NCBI RefSeq assembly: GCF_006345805.1
Contig: NC_043020.1
Location: 21,266,001-21,330,000, forward strand
Direction of reading: 5' to 3'
Source of the DNA: Octopus sinensis
Taxonomy: Eukaryota
DNA: 64,000 bases
The notes under the pieces are model-generated. The model worked only from the letters and a program-made list of their open reading frames with translations, was not told the DNA's origin and ran no database searches. Made by a program: the position numbers and the translations under genes. Below are positions 50,178 to 63,928 of this stretch, in pieces; within the stretch, counting starts at the first letter, position 1, and each line of letters starts with the position of its first letter.

Positions 50178-53100
50178 CATCATCATCATCATCGTTTAAT
50201 GTCCGTTTTCCGCGCTAGCACGGGTTGGACGGTTCGACCGGGGTCTGGGAAGCCAGGGGCTGCACCAGGCTCCAGTCTGATCTGGCAGAATTTCTACAGC
50301 TGGATGCCCTTCCTAACGCCAACCACTCCGCGAGTGATGTGGGTGCTTTTTACGTGCCACCTGCACAGATGCCAGGGGGTTTCGGCATTGGCCACGATCG
50401 GTTGGTGCTTTTAACGTGCCACTGGCACGGAAGCCAGCCAAGGCGGCACTGGCATCGGCCACGTTCGGATGGTGCTTTTTATGTGCCACCAGCACGGGTA
50501 TCACAACTACTATTTCCATTGATATTTATTTCGATGTTCATGCACTTGACTCAACAGGTCTCCTCAAGCACAGCAGGATGTTCTGGAATCCAAGGTACTT
50601 TGAATGGGCAGGGGCTATGCGGAACTGGTGCAGGAAGCAGCCCGGGTCTTTGCAGTCACAGCATATCTCCAGAGATCTCAGTCCTTCGCCATTGCCTCAG
50701 TGAGGCCCAATGCTCTGAGGTCATGCTTGACTACCTCATCCCATGTCTTCCTGGGTCTACCTCTCCCTCTGATACCTTCAACTGTTTGGGAGTGGCACTT
50801 CTTCACACATCTCTCCTCATCCATCCGCTGTACATGACCATACCATCGCAAGCGTCGCTCTTGCACACCACATATGATGCTTCTTATGTCCAGCATTTCT
50901 CTCAGGGTGCTTACCCTCTGTCGTGCGTGCACACTGACATTACACATCCAGCGGATCATGCTAGCTTCATTCCTTTCAAGTCTACGCATGTCCTCTGCAG
51001 TCACAGCCCATGTTTCACTACCGTGAAGCATGGCATTTCGCACACATGCGTCATACAATCTACCTTTCACTTTGAGCGAGAGACCCTTTGTCGCCAGTAG
51101 GGGTAGGAGCTTTCTGAACTTTGCCCACGCTATTCGTATTCTAGTGGTGACACTCTCTGAGCATCTACCTCCACTACTAACTTGGTCACCCAGGTAGCAG
51201 AAACTATCAACTACTTCTAGTTTCTCCCCCTGGAGTGTGATAGAATCTGTTTCCTGAGTATCTGTGGTGTCTATTGTCCCTGTGCATCTGCCGCACATAA
51301 AGCTATCTTATCAGTTAATCTCCCTTTGATGTTGCTGCACCTCTTATGCGTCCATAGCTTACACTGGATGCATCTTATGGAGTTTCTACCTACACCTTTC
51401 CTACAGATCAAGCAGGGCCACCTGCCCGAGGGTGTGTGTGCTGAGTTCGCCTTTCTGCTTACTATAACTTTGGTCTTTGCTACATTTACTCTAAGGCCCT
51501 TTAATTCTAACCCTTGCTTCCACACCCGAAATTTTTTTCTAGTTCCGGTAGTGATTCTGCTATGAGAGCCAGGTCATCAGCATAGAGGAGCTCCCAGGGG
51601 CATCCTGTTTTGAATTCCTCTGTTATTGCCTGGAGGACTATGATGAATAAAAGGGGACTGAGGGCTGAGCCTTGGTGTACACCTACTTCTACCCGGAATT
51701 CTTCACTATATTCGTTGCCAATCCTAACCTTGCTGACAGCCTCTCGGTATAGGGCCTGTACAGCCCTTATTAGCCATTCGTCAATCTCCAGTTTCCACAT
51801 CGACCACCAGATAAGGGATCGGGGGACCCTGTCAAAGGCTTTCTCCAAGTCCACAAAAGCTATGTAGAGGGGTTTATCTTTAGCTAGGGACTTCTCCTGC
51901 AGTTGTCAGACCAGGAATATAGCATCAGTGGTGCTTCTACCTGGCACAAAACCGAACTGCATCTCATCTAAGCAAATTCTCTCCCTAATGAGATGGGTTA
52001 TGATCCTCTCTGTGACCTTCATCACCTGATCCAACAGTTTAATACCCCTGTAGTTATTTCTATCTAGAGCATCACCCTTACCCTTGTAGCAGTTGACTAT
52101 GGTGCTGCTATGCCAGTCATTGGGTATGACTCCATTATGAACTACCTGGTTTACAATGCGGGTGACTAGGCCATAGCCCCCATAGCCAGCTGTTTTAAGC
52201 ATCTCAGCAGTGATTTCTGATGGGCCGGGGGCTTAATTGCCTTAACTACAAGGGAGCTGTCTATTCGGATAGCTGGTCCCTCTACTGGGTCAACAAGAAA
52301 GCCTCTTTCTTTTCATCAACATTAAAAGCAAGTGCCCCATCATCCATGCGGACACATTTCTCTCCTGTAACATCACTATTTTCTCTCACACACTGTCTGG
52401 CAATCCGAAATACCTCAGCTCTTTGGTCCTCACGTCGCTGGACATTGGCAAACTTCTTCTTTTCTGCTACATCTTTGGCTATGTATACCTGCCGCCCAGC
52501 CTCCCTTTTGGCTACCTGGTACAGTTCCCTGCTACCCTCATCTCTCCAGGCTTTCCAGGCCTGTTTCTTTGCACTGATGGCTTTGTCTACTGCACTATTC
52601 CACCACCACGTAACTCTAGGTCTGGAAGGGACTTTGCACCATCCACAGACTTGGTCTGTGGCACTCAGCAAGCTGTCCCATAGGAATTCCCAGCTACCTT
52701 CTATGTCCAATGTCTGAAGCTCCTCCTCCCTCTCATCAAATTTCTTGATGAGGATGTCCCTAAATCTCTGACCACGTGAAGGGTTCTTTAACTTCCAAAT
52801 CCTTCTTTTCTGGATTGGTTTGTTTCTTGGAGTCCTTCTGGTTTCAAGCTTAAAGTCACTAATGATTAGCCTATACTGAGGGATACATTCTTCACCCGGG
52901 AGGGTCTTTGTATTTAAGAGCGACCCTGCATCCTGCTGTCTGGTGAGGATGAAGTCTATTTGGCTAGCAGAGTCTCCTGACTGATAGGTTATAAGGTGGC
53001 AGTCAGGCTTCTTGAAGTTAGTGTTGCAGATTAAAAGGTTACATGCATCACAGAATTCCAGTAGTCTAGTTCCCTCATCATTTCTGGTGTCAATACCATG

Positions 53101-53420
53101 GCCACTGTGTACCCCAGGTGAAGATACCCGATTCCCGCCCAACATGCCCATTAAAGTCTCCACCCACAAAGATGAGGTCCTTGCCACTAGTCTTTGAGGT
53201 AGCCTGTAGAAGGGTATCATAAAAGTGGTCCTTCTGATCATTTGGTAGTCCCGCTTGTGGGGCATAGGCGGAGATAATCGTAGCTGTGCCACTCTGTAGG
53301 ACTAACCTGAGCTTAAGCACTCTATCGCAAACCCTGACAACACTCTTATCCACCCATTTCTCCGCAAGGCGAATGCCTACACCCACTACACCATCCATGT
53401 TACCTTGCCAGAAGACTTTA
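50178..53420 (-). mobile_element. Near full-length RTE LINE (APE endonuclease + RT), several frameshifts
   Basis: SAYAPQ, GDFNGHVG, QIDFIL, DLEKAFDRVP, GVHQGSALSPLLF, YADD, GRGRPRKTW; modular 3' UTR and (GAT)n tail. Confidence 0.93.
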
Positions 53421-53999
53421 CATTAAGTATTATTTAAAGTGGTCAATTTTTACTTATACACCATCGTACAATATTGGCAATTCTACATGTGATCTTTGCC
53501 TTGAAAAAATGTACTATATAATTACTTCTAAATTAATTTTATTAAATTTTAATGGAAATTTTACAATGAAATGCTGCCACAAATTTTGAAAGGCATTTAA
53601 ACATTCCAGTTCTTAATTATAATTGCTTTTCATATGTTATATAAGCATAATTTTTCTAAAAAAGTTTACTATATTTGATAAACAGATAATTGTTGTGGCG
53701 TAAAATCTCTGTTTCTAATTGTTATAACATAGAGTTCTTATGTTTATTTTTTAATCTTTCATTATCCACTGACATCACAAAGAGTTGAATAGAAAAATAG
53801 ACTTTCTTAGATTATATTTCTCCTTAGCATTCTTTTTATATGTGTTTGTGTACTGAAAATGTTCTCTCAGTTCACTTTGAATAAAACTAATTTTGGATTG
53901 CCTTGGGAATGCGTGAACATGTATTTTCAGAAATATCAATTTCAATGATATTTTCTATGTCTAAATATGTTAACACAATTGAGACAATTGTCAGCCTAG

Positions 54000-55327
54000 T
54001 AAAGTGAATTCTACAATCAAAGATGTGATTTTCTCCATAGTTCCAGCAATAGTCTGCCATCATATGTATGTCTGATCTGCTTTGATAAACTTTGTTTTAT
54101 TGATTTGATGTCCTCTGCATGTCACTTAAGTCACCAAAGTTTCCAGAGAATTTATCAAGATGACTGTGGAGACAGTGCAGCTTCATGCTCGAAAGTTCTC
54201 CAGTACATTTTGGCATAGTTGACTGCTTTCTTGTTGCTCAGAAAGTCATTTACAACTATTACAATTGAATTCCAAGCTGCCACTTCAATGCAATTCATTG
54301 AATTAACAAAATATCCATCTTTCATCAATTTTCTGATTTGAGACTCATGAAATATTCCAGCTTTTATCTTTTTACTGCTCAGACTGAGAAATGTATTGCA
54401 CATGCAGTGAAAGCATGGTCCATCATTATCCAGAGTTTTAACAAACTGCCTCATAATGTCAAGTCTGATATGGAGTGGAGGTAGGATGATCTTTCCCAGT
54501 TGAAGTAAAGGCTCTTCAACTACATAAACCCTGGAACTAATGTTCACTGTGGCCATTCTTTTATAACTGTTTTTTCCTAGCCCTACTGTCTCACATACAT
54601 AGAAAAGCATGGATACTTGGTCTATTTACTTTGTTGCTCTAGGAGAAAATTGACCATCTTAAAGTCCACACATATCATCCACTGGTGATTGTTGTACTTA
54701 ATTTTCTCTAGCACTGCTTTCATGACTTCATATTTCCCTGCTAGTTTTGTAAAGTGAGCAATTGGAATAGACACCAATATATTTCCATTACAAAACAGAA
54801 TGCATTTTAAACTTCTTTTCGAGCTATCAATTAAAAAGCACCAATCACTTACATCAAATTCCACTAATCCCATCTTCTGAAGTAGTCCCTCAATGTTTGA
54901 GTGATGCACTTAACTCTTCATTTGCTTTGAAGAATAGGGGAAATTCAGCATCCCAAGTGTGATAGGTAACTTTTGTGTCTTCTTTAAGAAGGCGTTTTCC
55001 CTTTAATCAAGTCCTTTACCATGTCACTGAGTTCATTTTGATCCAAGTAGCTGTTAGACTGATGAGCCAGTACCAAAGTAATCTTGATCATCTACGGCTT
55101 CCTCTGGCTCAGTTGATACTTCCTGGTCATCAAGATCACAAAGTTTTGTACTAAATTTCACAGATAAACAATACATTTTACTGAAAATTGAGGAAAATTG
55201 CAAGAATTGGGGGTTTGGGTATATTGAAATCTAAATGTGATAGTAAAAAATGGATTCCATTTTTGGATTTCAGCATATCAAAAATATGTTTAAATCAGGT
55301 AAAAACATCACAACAACAAAATACTCG
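54000..55327 (-). mobile_element. Chapaev(3)-like DNA transposon remnant
   Basis: FLIDSSKRSLK, LPPLHIRL..MRQFVK, IKAGIF, MKLHCLHSHLD, MMADYCW; terminus begins CAC with a gctga(a)atccaaaaat subterminal motif. The superfamily call is from memory. Confidence 0.68.
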
Positions 55328-55669
55328 CGGGGTTGTGCAATCAAATCAATCTTGTTATTCAAGAATTCATCAGGTTTCACTCAATTCTTTTTCCCAAACT
55401 GCTAAATTATAATAGCAGAAGGCTACTTATTAAAATGTAACTGAAACAACAGGCAGGTATAACTTTTGGCAAATATAGTAGAGCAAGCACACACAACTTA
55501 TAGTTTTTTTTTTGTTCATAAATTTTGTTGATCTGATTAATTTTCCATTTTCCTCATTGGTGTATTTAATTATTTTCCATGTGATATGTATCACACTGAA
55601 TCAATGACAGAAATGGGACAAGAGCCTAACTGTGTGTGTGTGTGTATGCATGAGCATATTTGTCATAAT

Positions 55670-55860
55670 CATCATCATTTGACGTCAATTGTCCATGCTG
55701 CCATGAGTTGGATGCTTTGACAAAATCTGGTGAGTCACAGGGCTGCATTGTGCCTTGACATGGTTTCTACAGCTGGATGTCGTTTTCAATGCTAACCACT
55801 TTACACCCTATTTCTATTTTTATGCCACTGGTACTAGTAGGGTTGCCAAGTAACTTGCAA
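55670..55860 (-). mobile_element. Degenerate RTE-tail copy
   Basis: catcatcat...tttctacagctggatg. Confidence 0.55.
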
Positions 55861-56046
55861 GACAAGAAAGGAACAAAATGGAAATGGGGAAAGTCCCCTT
55901 CATTAATTGGGGTAGTATTTGAGGAAATTTTATACCAGGTTTCTTGTTAAGGAGAAGATACATGGCTACCCTACATTTATATACGGGTGAGTGGGAGTGA
56001 TTTTGTCCCTTTTGCTGTGTTTTTTTTTTGTTGTTTTTGCTCATTA

Positions 56047-56091
<45 letters not shown>

Positions 56092-56127
56092 GAGAGAGAG
56101 AGATACATATAAAGGGAGTAGACTTAC

Positions 56128-56216
56128 GACGATGTTCTGTTTTACAGGAAAGAGATAACTCAAGCATCTCGACCTTCTGGCTGCCGATGTTGTTGATAGT
56201 GACTATCCAGTTGACA
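56128..56216 (-). CDS. TRAPPC9: TRAPPC9 exon (89 nt): VNWIVTINNIGSQKVEMLELSLSCKTEHR
   Basis: Long poly-T tract then ccag acceptor; donor C|gtaagt; phase 2 to 1; resembles human LIIKLENIGMEPLEKLEV. Confidence 0.8.
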
Positions 56217-56884
56217 CTGGACCATGGAACATACACAGAGAAAAAAAAAAAAGAAATTTAAAATACACAAGAAGAAAATGAGAAAATAAAAAGGAAAAGT
56301 TTCAATTAATCTTCAAGAAAATCATTTGTTTGTTGTTTAAAATACAAAATATTTTTAACTGAGCTTAAATACAATTAAGACAATGCATCAGGGACTTCTT
56401 GGTGTCAAAGTGAATTAGCAGAGATGACAAAGTAGTAAACTCTACAAACCATGTACACTGCACACATTTTATAGTATCTGTGAATAAAACACTATCCCAC
56501 ATGGTTCAGCTCATCTACTTTTTCATGGAATAAATAAAAGCAAATTTTGGGAAAGCCACTTTTAGTAGATTAGTGTTCTGATCCCAAACAATGATTTATT
56601 TCTCATTTAACACCACAGAATGCAGACAGGCAAGGGTCCCAACTCCATGAAATTGAGTGGATTTTCAATTAGTTAAATTTTACAGTTTATGGCTTTGAAA
56701 TTATAGTCTCATAGCTCCTTTTCTGTAGGTTGTTGAGGGTTCTTTTCTTTTTTTTTAGAGAAGGAAGGACAGTACCACGCCCCACAGACCTTTTTATAGA
56801 GGCTCTGAGGCTATTAAAGGCACCCAAGGGCTAAGAAGTGGTGTTAAAGCAGGTGATAGATTCATCATAACTTAACATGTCTTC

Positions 56885-57685
56885 CATGCTGACCTGAGTA
56901 GGACAGTATGACGGGAGCTGGCCAGCTGGGGAACTACCCAGGCTCCATGTTTGTTTTCACCTAGTTTCTATGGCTGCAATGCCCATCCTAATGCCATCCA
57001 ACTTTACAGAGTATACTGGGTGTTTTTATGTGGCACCAGCACCTACAAGCCTGCAAGATTCTTATTCTAGCATCTATGCTTTCAGAACAACTTTCACTAT
57101 TGCTAACTTGGTCACATAAATAATCGAAACTGTCTGCTATTTCTAAGGATCCCTCTGACATTCCTGGTGTTTAATGTACCAGCATATTTTCCACATGTAA
57201 AAACCACTTTCTCTGTTAGTCTTCCAGTAATACTGGGGAACCTCTTATGTGTCCATAACTTGCACTGGATTCACTGTATCGTGTTTCTCCTAACACCTTT
57301 TCTACACATTAAGCAGAGTCATCTCCCAGAAGGGGGACTGTAAGTTTGGTCTTTTCTAAATTAACTCTAAAGCCCTTTAATTCCAGGCCTTGCTTTCATA
57401 CCTGAAATTTCTTCTCTAGTTCTGGTAGTGATTTAGTGATAAGAACAAGATCATCAACATAGAGGAGCTCCTAAGGGAGGTCAGTCTAAAATTCCTGTTA
57501 AAGCTTGGAGAACTATTATAAACAAGAGTGGGCTGAGACTCCTACTTGTACACTAAATTCCTTGCTATACTCATTGGCAACTTTCACCTTACTAACAGCA
57601 TCCCTGTAACATGGCTTTTACAGCTCTCACCAATCCCTAGCTACCATATTGGCCACCAGATAAGAGAGTGGGGGACCCTGTTTAC
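56885..57685 (-). mobile_element. Degenerate RTE LINE 3' fragment
   Basis: Aligns by eye with 51100-51830 (ELLYVDD) plus the tail. Confidence 0.65.
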
Positions 57686-58137
57686 TATTCAAGAATAGTA
57701 ATATATTTGACTCAACATCAATGTTTATTGTTCTTAGTGATTAAGAAAACATTAACAACAATAACCACTTCTGGAGACATGCAAGAGAAATTAAAGTTGG
57801 AATAGTGATGCTTTTCCAAAAGAGTGCTGGTGACAGCAATGAAGTGAAGGGAAATTGTTGTTACTAGGAACTAAGAGCAGCTCAAATACCTTGAATCATA
57901 GAGAGCTGATGCTTCTCTATCTTTGTCCTCTCACCACTTTTTTCCAGACTATTTTACATCTTGTTTATCTATATTAGCATAGTTGGAATAGGTGTCTTTT
58001 CTTACCCCTAACAACCCAGCCATGAAGTAACAATGAAACCTGGATATTTTGTCAGTCCATTAAACTGGAACAAGCAGATCTATGTATATTATTTCTTAGG
58101 GGCAATTTCAATGTATGGCCATATATATATATATATA

Positions 58138-61100
58138 TCATCCTCATCATCATCATCATCATCGTTTAGCGTCTGCTTTCCATGCTAGCATGGGTTGGAT
58201 GGTTCAACTGGGGTCTGGGAAGCCAGAAGGCTGCACCAGGCCCAGTCTGATCTGGCAGTGTATCTACGGCTGGATGCCCTTCCTAACGCCAACCACTCTG
58301 TGAGTATAGTGGGTGCTTTTTACGTGCCACCGACACAGGTGCCAGACGGGGCTGGCAAACAGCCACTATCGGATGGTGCTTTTTACGTGCCACCGGCATG
58401 GAGGCCAGGTGAGAGACTGGCAATGACCACGATTGGATGGTTCTTTTTACGTGCCACCGGCACAGAGGCCAGTCGGGGCGGCACTGGCAACGACCACGTT
58501 CGGATGGTTCTCTTATGTGCCCCTGGCACTGGTATCACAGCTACAATTTCCACTGATGTTGATCGATTTTGATTTTGATTCTCACTTGCCTCAACAGGTC
58601 TTCACAACTAGAGTTTTGTGTCCCAAGAAGGAAAGGTATGCATAAGTGGACTGGCTACATCCCAGGTAGAGGCCACGGGTTATGGTCTCACTAGTCCTGC
58701 CGGGTCTGCTCACGCATAGCATACTTCCAAAGGTCTCGGTGTCTAGTCATTTCCTCAGTGAGACCTAAAGTTCGAAGGTCATGCTTCAACACTTGTCCTG
58801 GGTCTACCTCTTCCACAGGATCCCTCAACCACTAGGGTGTAGCACTTTTTCACACAACTATCTTCATCCGTATGCAACACATGACCATACCAGCGCAAAC
58901 GTCTCTCTTGCACACCACAACTGATGCTTCTTAGGTCCAACTATTCTCTCAAGGTACTTACACTGTCGAGTATGATCACTGACATTACACATCCATCGGA
59001 GCATACTGGCTTCATTTCTTGTGAGCTTACGCATATCCTCAGCAGTCACAGCCCATGTTTCACTGCCATGTAGCATGGCTGTTCATACACATGCGTCATA
59101 CAGTCTGCCTTTTACTCTGAGCGAGAGGCCTTTTGTCACCAGCAGAGGTAAGAGCTCTCTGAACTTTGCCCAGGCTATTCTTACTCTAGCAGTTACACTT
59201 TCAGTACACCCTCCCCCGCTACTGACTTGGTCACCTAGGTTACGGAAGCTATCAACTATTTCTAGTTTTTCTCCCTGGAATGTGGCGGAGGCTGGTCTCT
59301 GCACATTTTCAGTGTTTATTGCTTCTGAGCATCTGCCACATACAAAAACTATTTTCTTAGTTAGCTTTCCTTTGACATTGCTGTCCTGTCTTGAATTCCT
59401 CTGGCGAACTATGATAAATAGGATGGGTCTCAGGACTGAACCTTGGTGGACCCCTACCTCTACACGGAATTCTTCACTGCTTGTTGCCAACCCTCACCTT
59501 ACTAGCAGCGTCCCTGTACATGGCTCGTACAGCTCTCACTAACCACTCATCTATCCCTAGTTTCCTCATTGACCACCAGATAAGGGATCGGGGGACCCTG
59601 ACGAAGGCTTTCTCCATGTCAACAAAAGCCAGGTACAGGGGCTTATCTTTGGCTAGGTATTTCTCCTGCAGCTGTCTTACCAGGAATATAGCATCAGTGG
59701 TACTTTTCCCTGGCACAAACCCAAACTGCATCTCATCTAAACTATCTCTCTCTCTAATTAGTTGGGTTATGACCCTCTCCGTAACCTCATTACCTGATCC
59801 AACAGCTTGATACCCCTGTAGTTATTTGTATCTAGGGTGTCACCTTTACCTTTGTAGCAGTTAACTATTATGCTGCTACATCAGTCATTGGGAATGACTC
59901 CTTTGTGTATCACCTGGTTAACTATACGGGTGACTAGGCTATAGCCGACACTACCAGATATTTTGAGCATCTCTGCAGTGATTCCTGATGGGCCTGGAGC
60001 TCTCCCTGTCTTCATGCTTCTAATTGCCTTAACTACCAAGGAACTGTCAACTCAGATAGCTGGTCCCTCAGTTGGGTTGACATTCGGCAGGCTCTTTTTA
60101 TCCCATTCATTTTCTTTATTCGGCAACCTTTCATAGTAGCGTCTCCAAACCTCTCTCTTTGCATCCTCATTTAGCGCAAGTGAACCATCACCCATGCGAA
60201 CACATTTCTCTCCTAAAACATCACAATTCTCTCTCACACACTGTCTTGCAACACAAAATACCTCAAGTCTTTGGTCCTCATGGCGCAGAACATTGGCAAA
60301 TTTTTTCTTATCTGCTTCCCCTCTGGCTAAATACACCTGCCTCCTAGCTTCCCTTCTGGCAGTCTGATACACTTCCCTGCTACCACCGTTCTTCCAGTCC
60401 TTCCATGCCTGTTTCTTTTGTCTAATAGCCCTGTCAACAACATTGTTCCACCACCACATTATCTTGGGTCTAGAGGGACCACAGATCTGGCCAGTGGCTC
60501 TCAGCAGGTTGTCCCTTAGAAACCTCCAGTTGTCTTCTACCTCATGTGAAGCTATATCCCCTTCTATTTCGTCAAAGGCTTCAAGTAATATGTCTCTAAA
60601 TCTCTGTCCATTCTCAGGATTATTAAGCTTTTAGACCCTCTGTTGGCCGTCTTCTGGTCGTCTTCTTAGTCCTGATCCTAAAGTCACTAACTACCAGTCT
60701 ATGTTGTGAGGTACATTCTTTGCCTGGGAAGGTATTGGCATTTATAAGCAGCCATCTTTCCCTTTTTCTGGCAAGGATGTAGTCGATTTGGCTAGTATGT
60801 CAGCCTGATCGGTAGGTGACTAGGTGGCTGATAGGTTTCCTGAAGTTAGTGTTGCAGACCATAAGATCATTCGCATCGCAGAATTCCAGCAGCCTGGTTC
60901 CCTCCTCGTTGCGGGAACCATAGCTGTAGCCTTCATGTACGCCATGGAAGCCCCCAGCATGTTGTCCAACATGCCCATTGAAGTCACCAGCCACAAAGAG
61001 AAGGTCCCTGTCATTCGTCGATGAGGTAGTCTGCAGTAGGGTGTCATAGAATCGGTCTTTCAGTCCATCGGGTAGCCCTGGCTGAGGGGCATAGGCCAAT

Positions 61101-61312
61101 ATAATGGTTGCTAATCCATGATGAAGCACTAATCTAATCTTAAGTATTCTGTCGCATACTCTGGCTACCTCAATTACTTTATCTACCCATTTTTCAGTGA
61201 GAAGTATACCCATGCCCCCGACCCCGTCAGTCTTCCCAACCCAGAAAATCTTGTACCTGAGTTCTTTGCCTGTGAGGAACCTAGCAGAGCCTCCTCTCCA
61301 CTCACTTCTTGA
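58138..61312 (-). mobile_element. Second near full-length RTE LINE with the RT YADD core deleted
   Basis: AYAPQ, GDFNGHVG, DMEKAF, GVHQGS, then a jump to NVKGKL; same 3' UTR family. Confidence 0.92.
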
Positions 61313-61410
61313 ATATATATATATATAATAATAATAATTATTATTTGAGGGAATATTAATCCTAACTTACAGGGAAAAATTCAATTTAGAAATACTAAAT
61401 CAAATTTCAC

Positions 61411-61450
<40 letters not shown>

Positions 61451-61479
61451 GGTCCCGGGTTGATTCGGGGTTAACCACA

Positions 61480-61720
61480 GTAAATAAGGTACTCAATACA
61501 TAGCAGAGTAAAATTAATTTATTATATAGAAGGAGCTTCTACAGGACTAGAACTGTTTCATTCAAGAGAAATCTTCAGGAAGCTAGTTAACAAGAATTGT
61601 ATTGGCATTTATACATTTAGGCAGGTTTAAAGGGGTGTTGGTGGGGGACTTTTTTGGGGGTAGGCATAGCGCAAGAAATCATACTTGGGGGAGTGGTCAA
61701 GGAGTCAGTGTTAAATTAGA
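61480..61720 (-). mobile_element. Probable Penelope-like pLTR fragment next to (TA)n
   Basis: CTGAAGA...GAAACAG motif and a C-rich tract on the minus strand. Confidence 0.35.
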
Positions 61721-61726
61721 TAGGAG

Positions 61727-61785
61727 AATAAATAAAAAAATAAAAAATAAAAAATAAAAAATAAAAAATAAAAAATATAAAATAT

Positions 61786-61820
<35 letters not shown>

Positions 61821-61870
61821 GAAAATAAAAAATATAAAAAATAAAAAATAAAAATAAAAATAAAAAATAA

Positions 61871-61927
<57 letters not shown>

Positions 61928-62927
61928 GGGGGGAATAGAGTTTTAGGTAAATAAGGAGATTCTCACTTATACCTCTACACATACACACATATATATACAA
62001 TCACACATACATATACATATCTACACATACACATATATATGTATACATACACACACTCACTTGCATACACGTATACACACATGTATATATACACACACGA
62101 CCACACATACATATACACACAGAAAAATATATATATACACATACACACACATCTACTCACATACACGCATACACACACAAATCCATACACACACATATGC
62201 ACACACAGCACACTAGTCCCTATATACACATATATACACATACACACATATATATATATACACACCCACACATACACATACATACACATATATATACATA
62301 CATACACATACATATACACATATATATGCATACACATATATATATATATATACACATATATATACATATGTGTACCCATGCATACCTACACATACACACA
62401 TATATATATACATATACAAATACAGACCCATTCCCTAATTTTAATTTTATTATCTTTGTTTATTACTTTTGTTATCTTTGGCCGCTTGGTCACAAACATC
62501 TTGGCTATGACAGCCAGACCATTTATCCGTCTACTGGAAAACAATTACTCATTCACTCACGCACACTCTTTAGCACGTACACTCACTCATTCATACACTC
62601 ATACGCATACACGCACGCACGCGTTATATTCATACATACATACATCTACATACATTCACGTATATACACATACGTACGCGTACCTACAGATTCATGTCTA
62701 CACTCTTAGAAGGCTAGTCTATACATATACACCAATAAATATAAATACACACACATACATGTACACCTACATACAAATACATACATGTACATATATATAT
62801 ATATATATATACGCGTACCTACAGATTCATGTCTACACTCTACGAAGGCTAGTCTATACATATACACCCATAAGTATAAATACACACACATACATACATG
62901 TACACCTACATACAAATACATACATGT

Positions 62928-62992
<65 letters not shown>

Positions 62993-63163
62993 TATACATA
63001 TATATATTCATACTAACATGCATACTCAAAAAATAAGTAAATAGTAAATATATATACGCGCAGTTATTCATACATGCATACTCAAAAAATAAATATTAAG
63101 TATATGTACGTGCAGTTACCTATTATATAGACGGATACATACATATAATAAACTTACACACAT

Positions 63164-63212
<49 letters not shown>

Positions 63213-63277
63213 CATACATACACACACATATATATAAATATATACATACACACATACACCTACATATACACATACAC

Positions 63278-63336
<59 letters not shown>

Positions 63337-63806
63337 TACACATACATATACATACACATATATATACACATACTTACACATGTGCATATAAATACACACA
63401 TAGATAACTCTACGTACCTACACATACATAAACACACGAGCGTACGCGCATATGTACATATACATATACCCATGCACACGCATATATATACATACATACA
63501 TACACATACACACATGTATACACACACACTCACATACACATATATATACATACACATATATATACACATATATATATATATGTATACATATATATATATA
63601 TATATATACACACACATATACATACACACACACATACACACACATATATATACATGTGTGCAAACATACATACATTCTCATACAAGCACACACACTTACA
63701 TTTACATATATACACACACTTACACACATATATATATACATACACACACATATATACACATACATATGCATACACACAAATATACATATATACATACATA
63801 CATCTA

Positions 63807-63839
<33 letters not shown>

Positions 63840-63867
63840 GCACATACCTATATATATATATATATAT

Positions 63868-63928
<61 letters not shown>

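Larger units (their letters stand above)
8345..56216 (-). other. TRAPPC9: TRAPPC9 (NIBP/Trs120) gene span, 8 internal coding exons, partial at both ends
   Basis: Exon phases chain 2-1-1-0-2-2-0-1-1 with canonical AG/GT ends and no stop. The spliced peptide includes ISYSGGPGY, CFLLFDLLNQS, IDIRWSI, KLSPIKW and VGELTSLHITMMN, recalling human TRAPPC9 FKYSGGPGH, CHLLLDVFNS, GICWRI, QLAPLQW and VGDPVRLEVRLTN in the same order. Confidence 0.88.

Noticed and set aside
50225-51100. 291-aa plus-strand ORF
   Set aside because: It is an antisense reading of the RTE ORF end and 3' UTR; related short ORFs recur at every tail copy.
58006-58039. 34-nt exon-like segment with a gtaag donor
   Set aside because: The frame needed to join the phase-2 exon at 56216 contains TAG.
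61545-61590. Minus-strand CTGAAGA...GAAACAGT motif
   Set aside because: The helix II closing pair and helix I register do not fit a canonical hammerhead; kept only as weak pLTR evidence.
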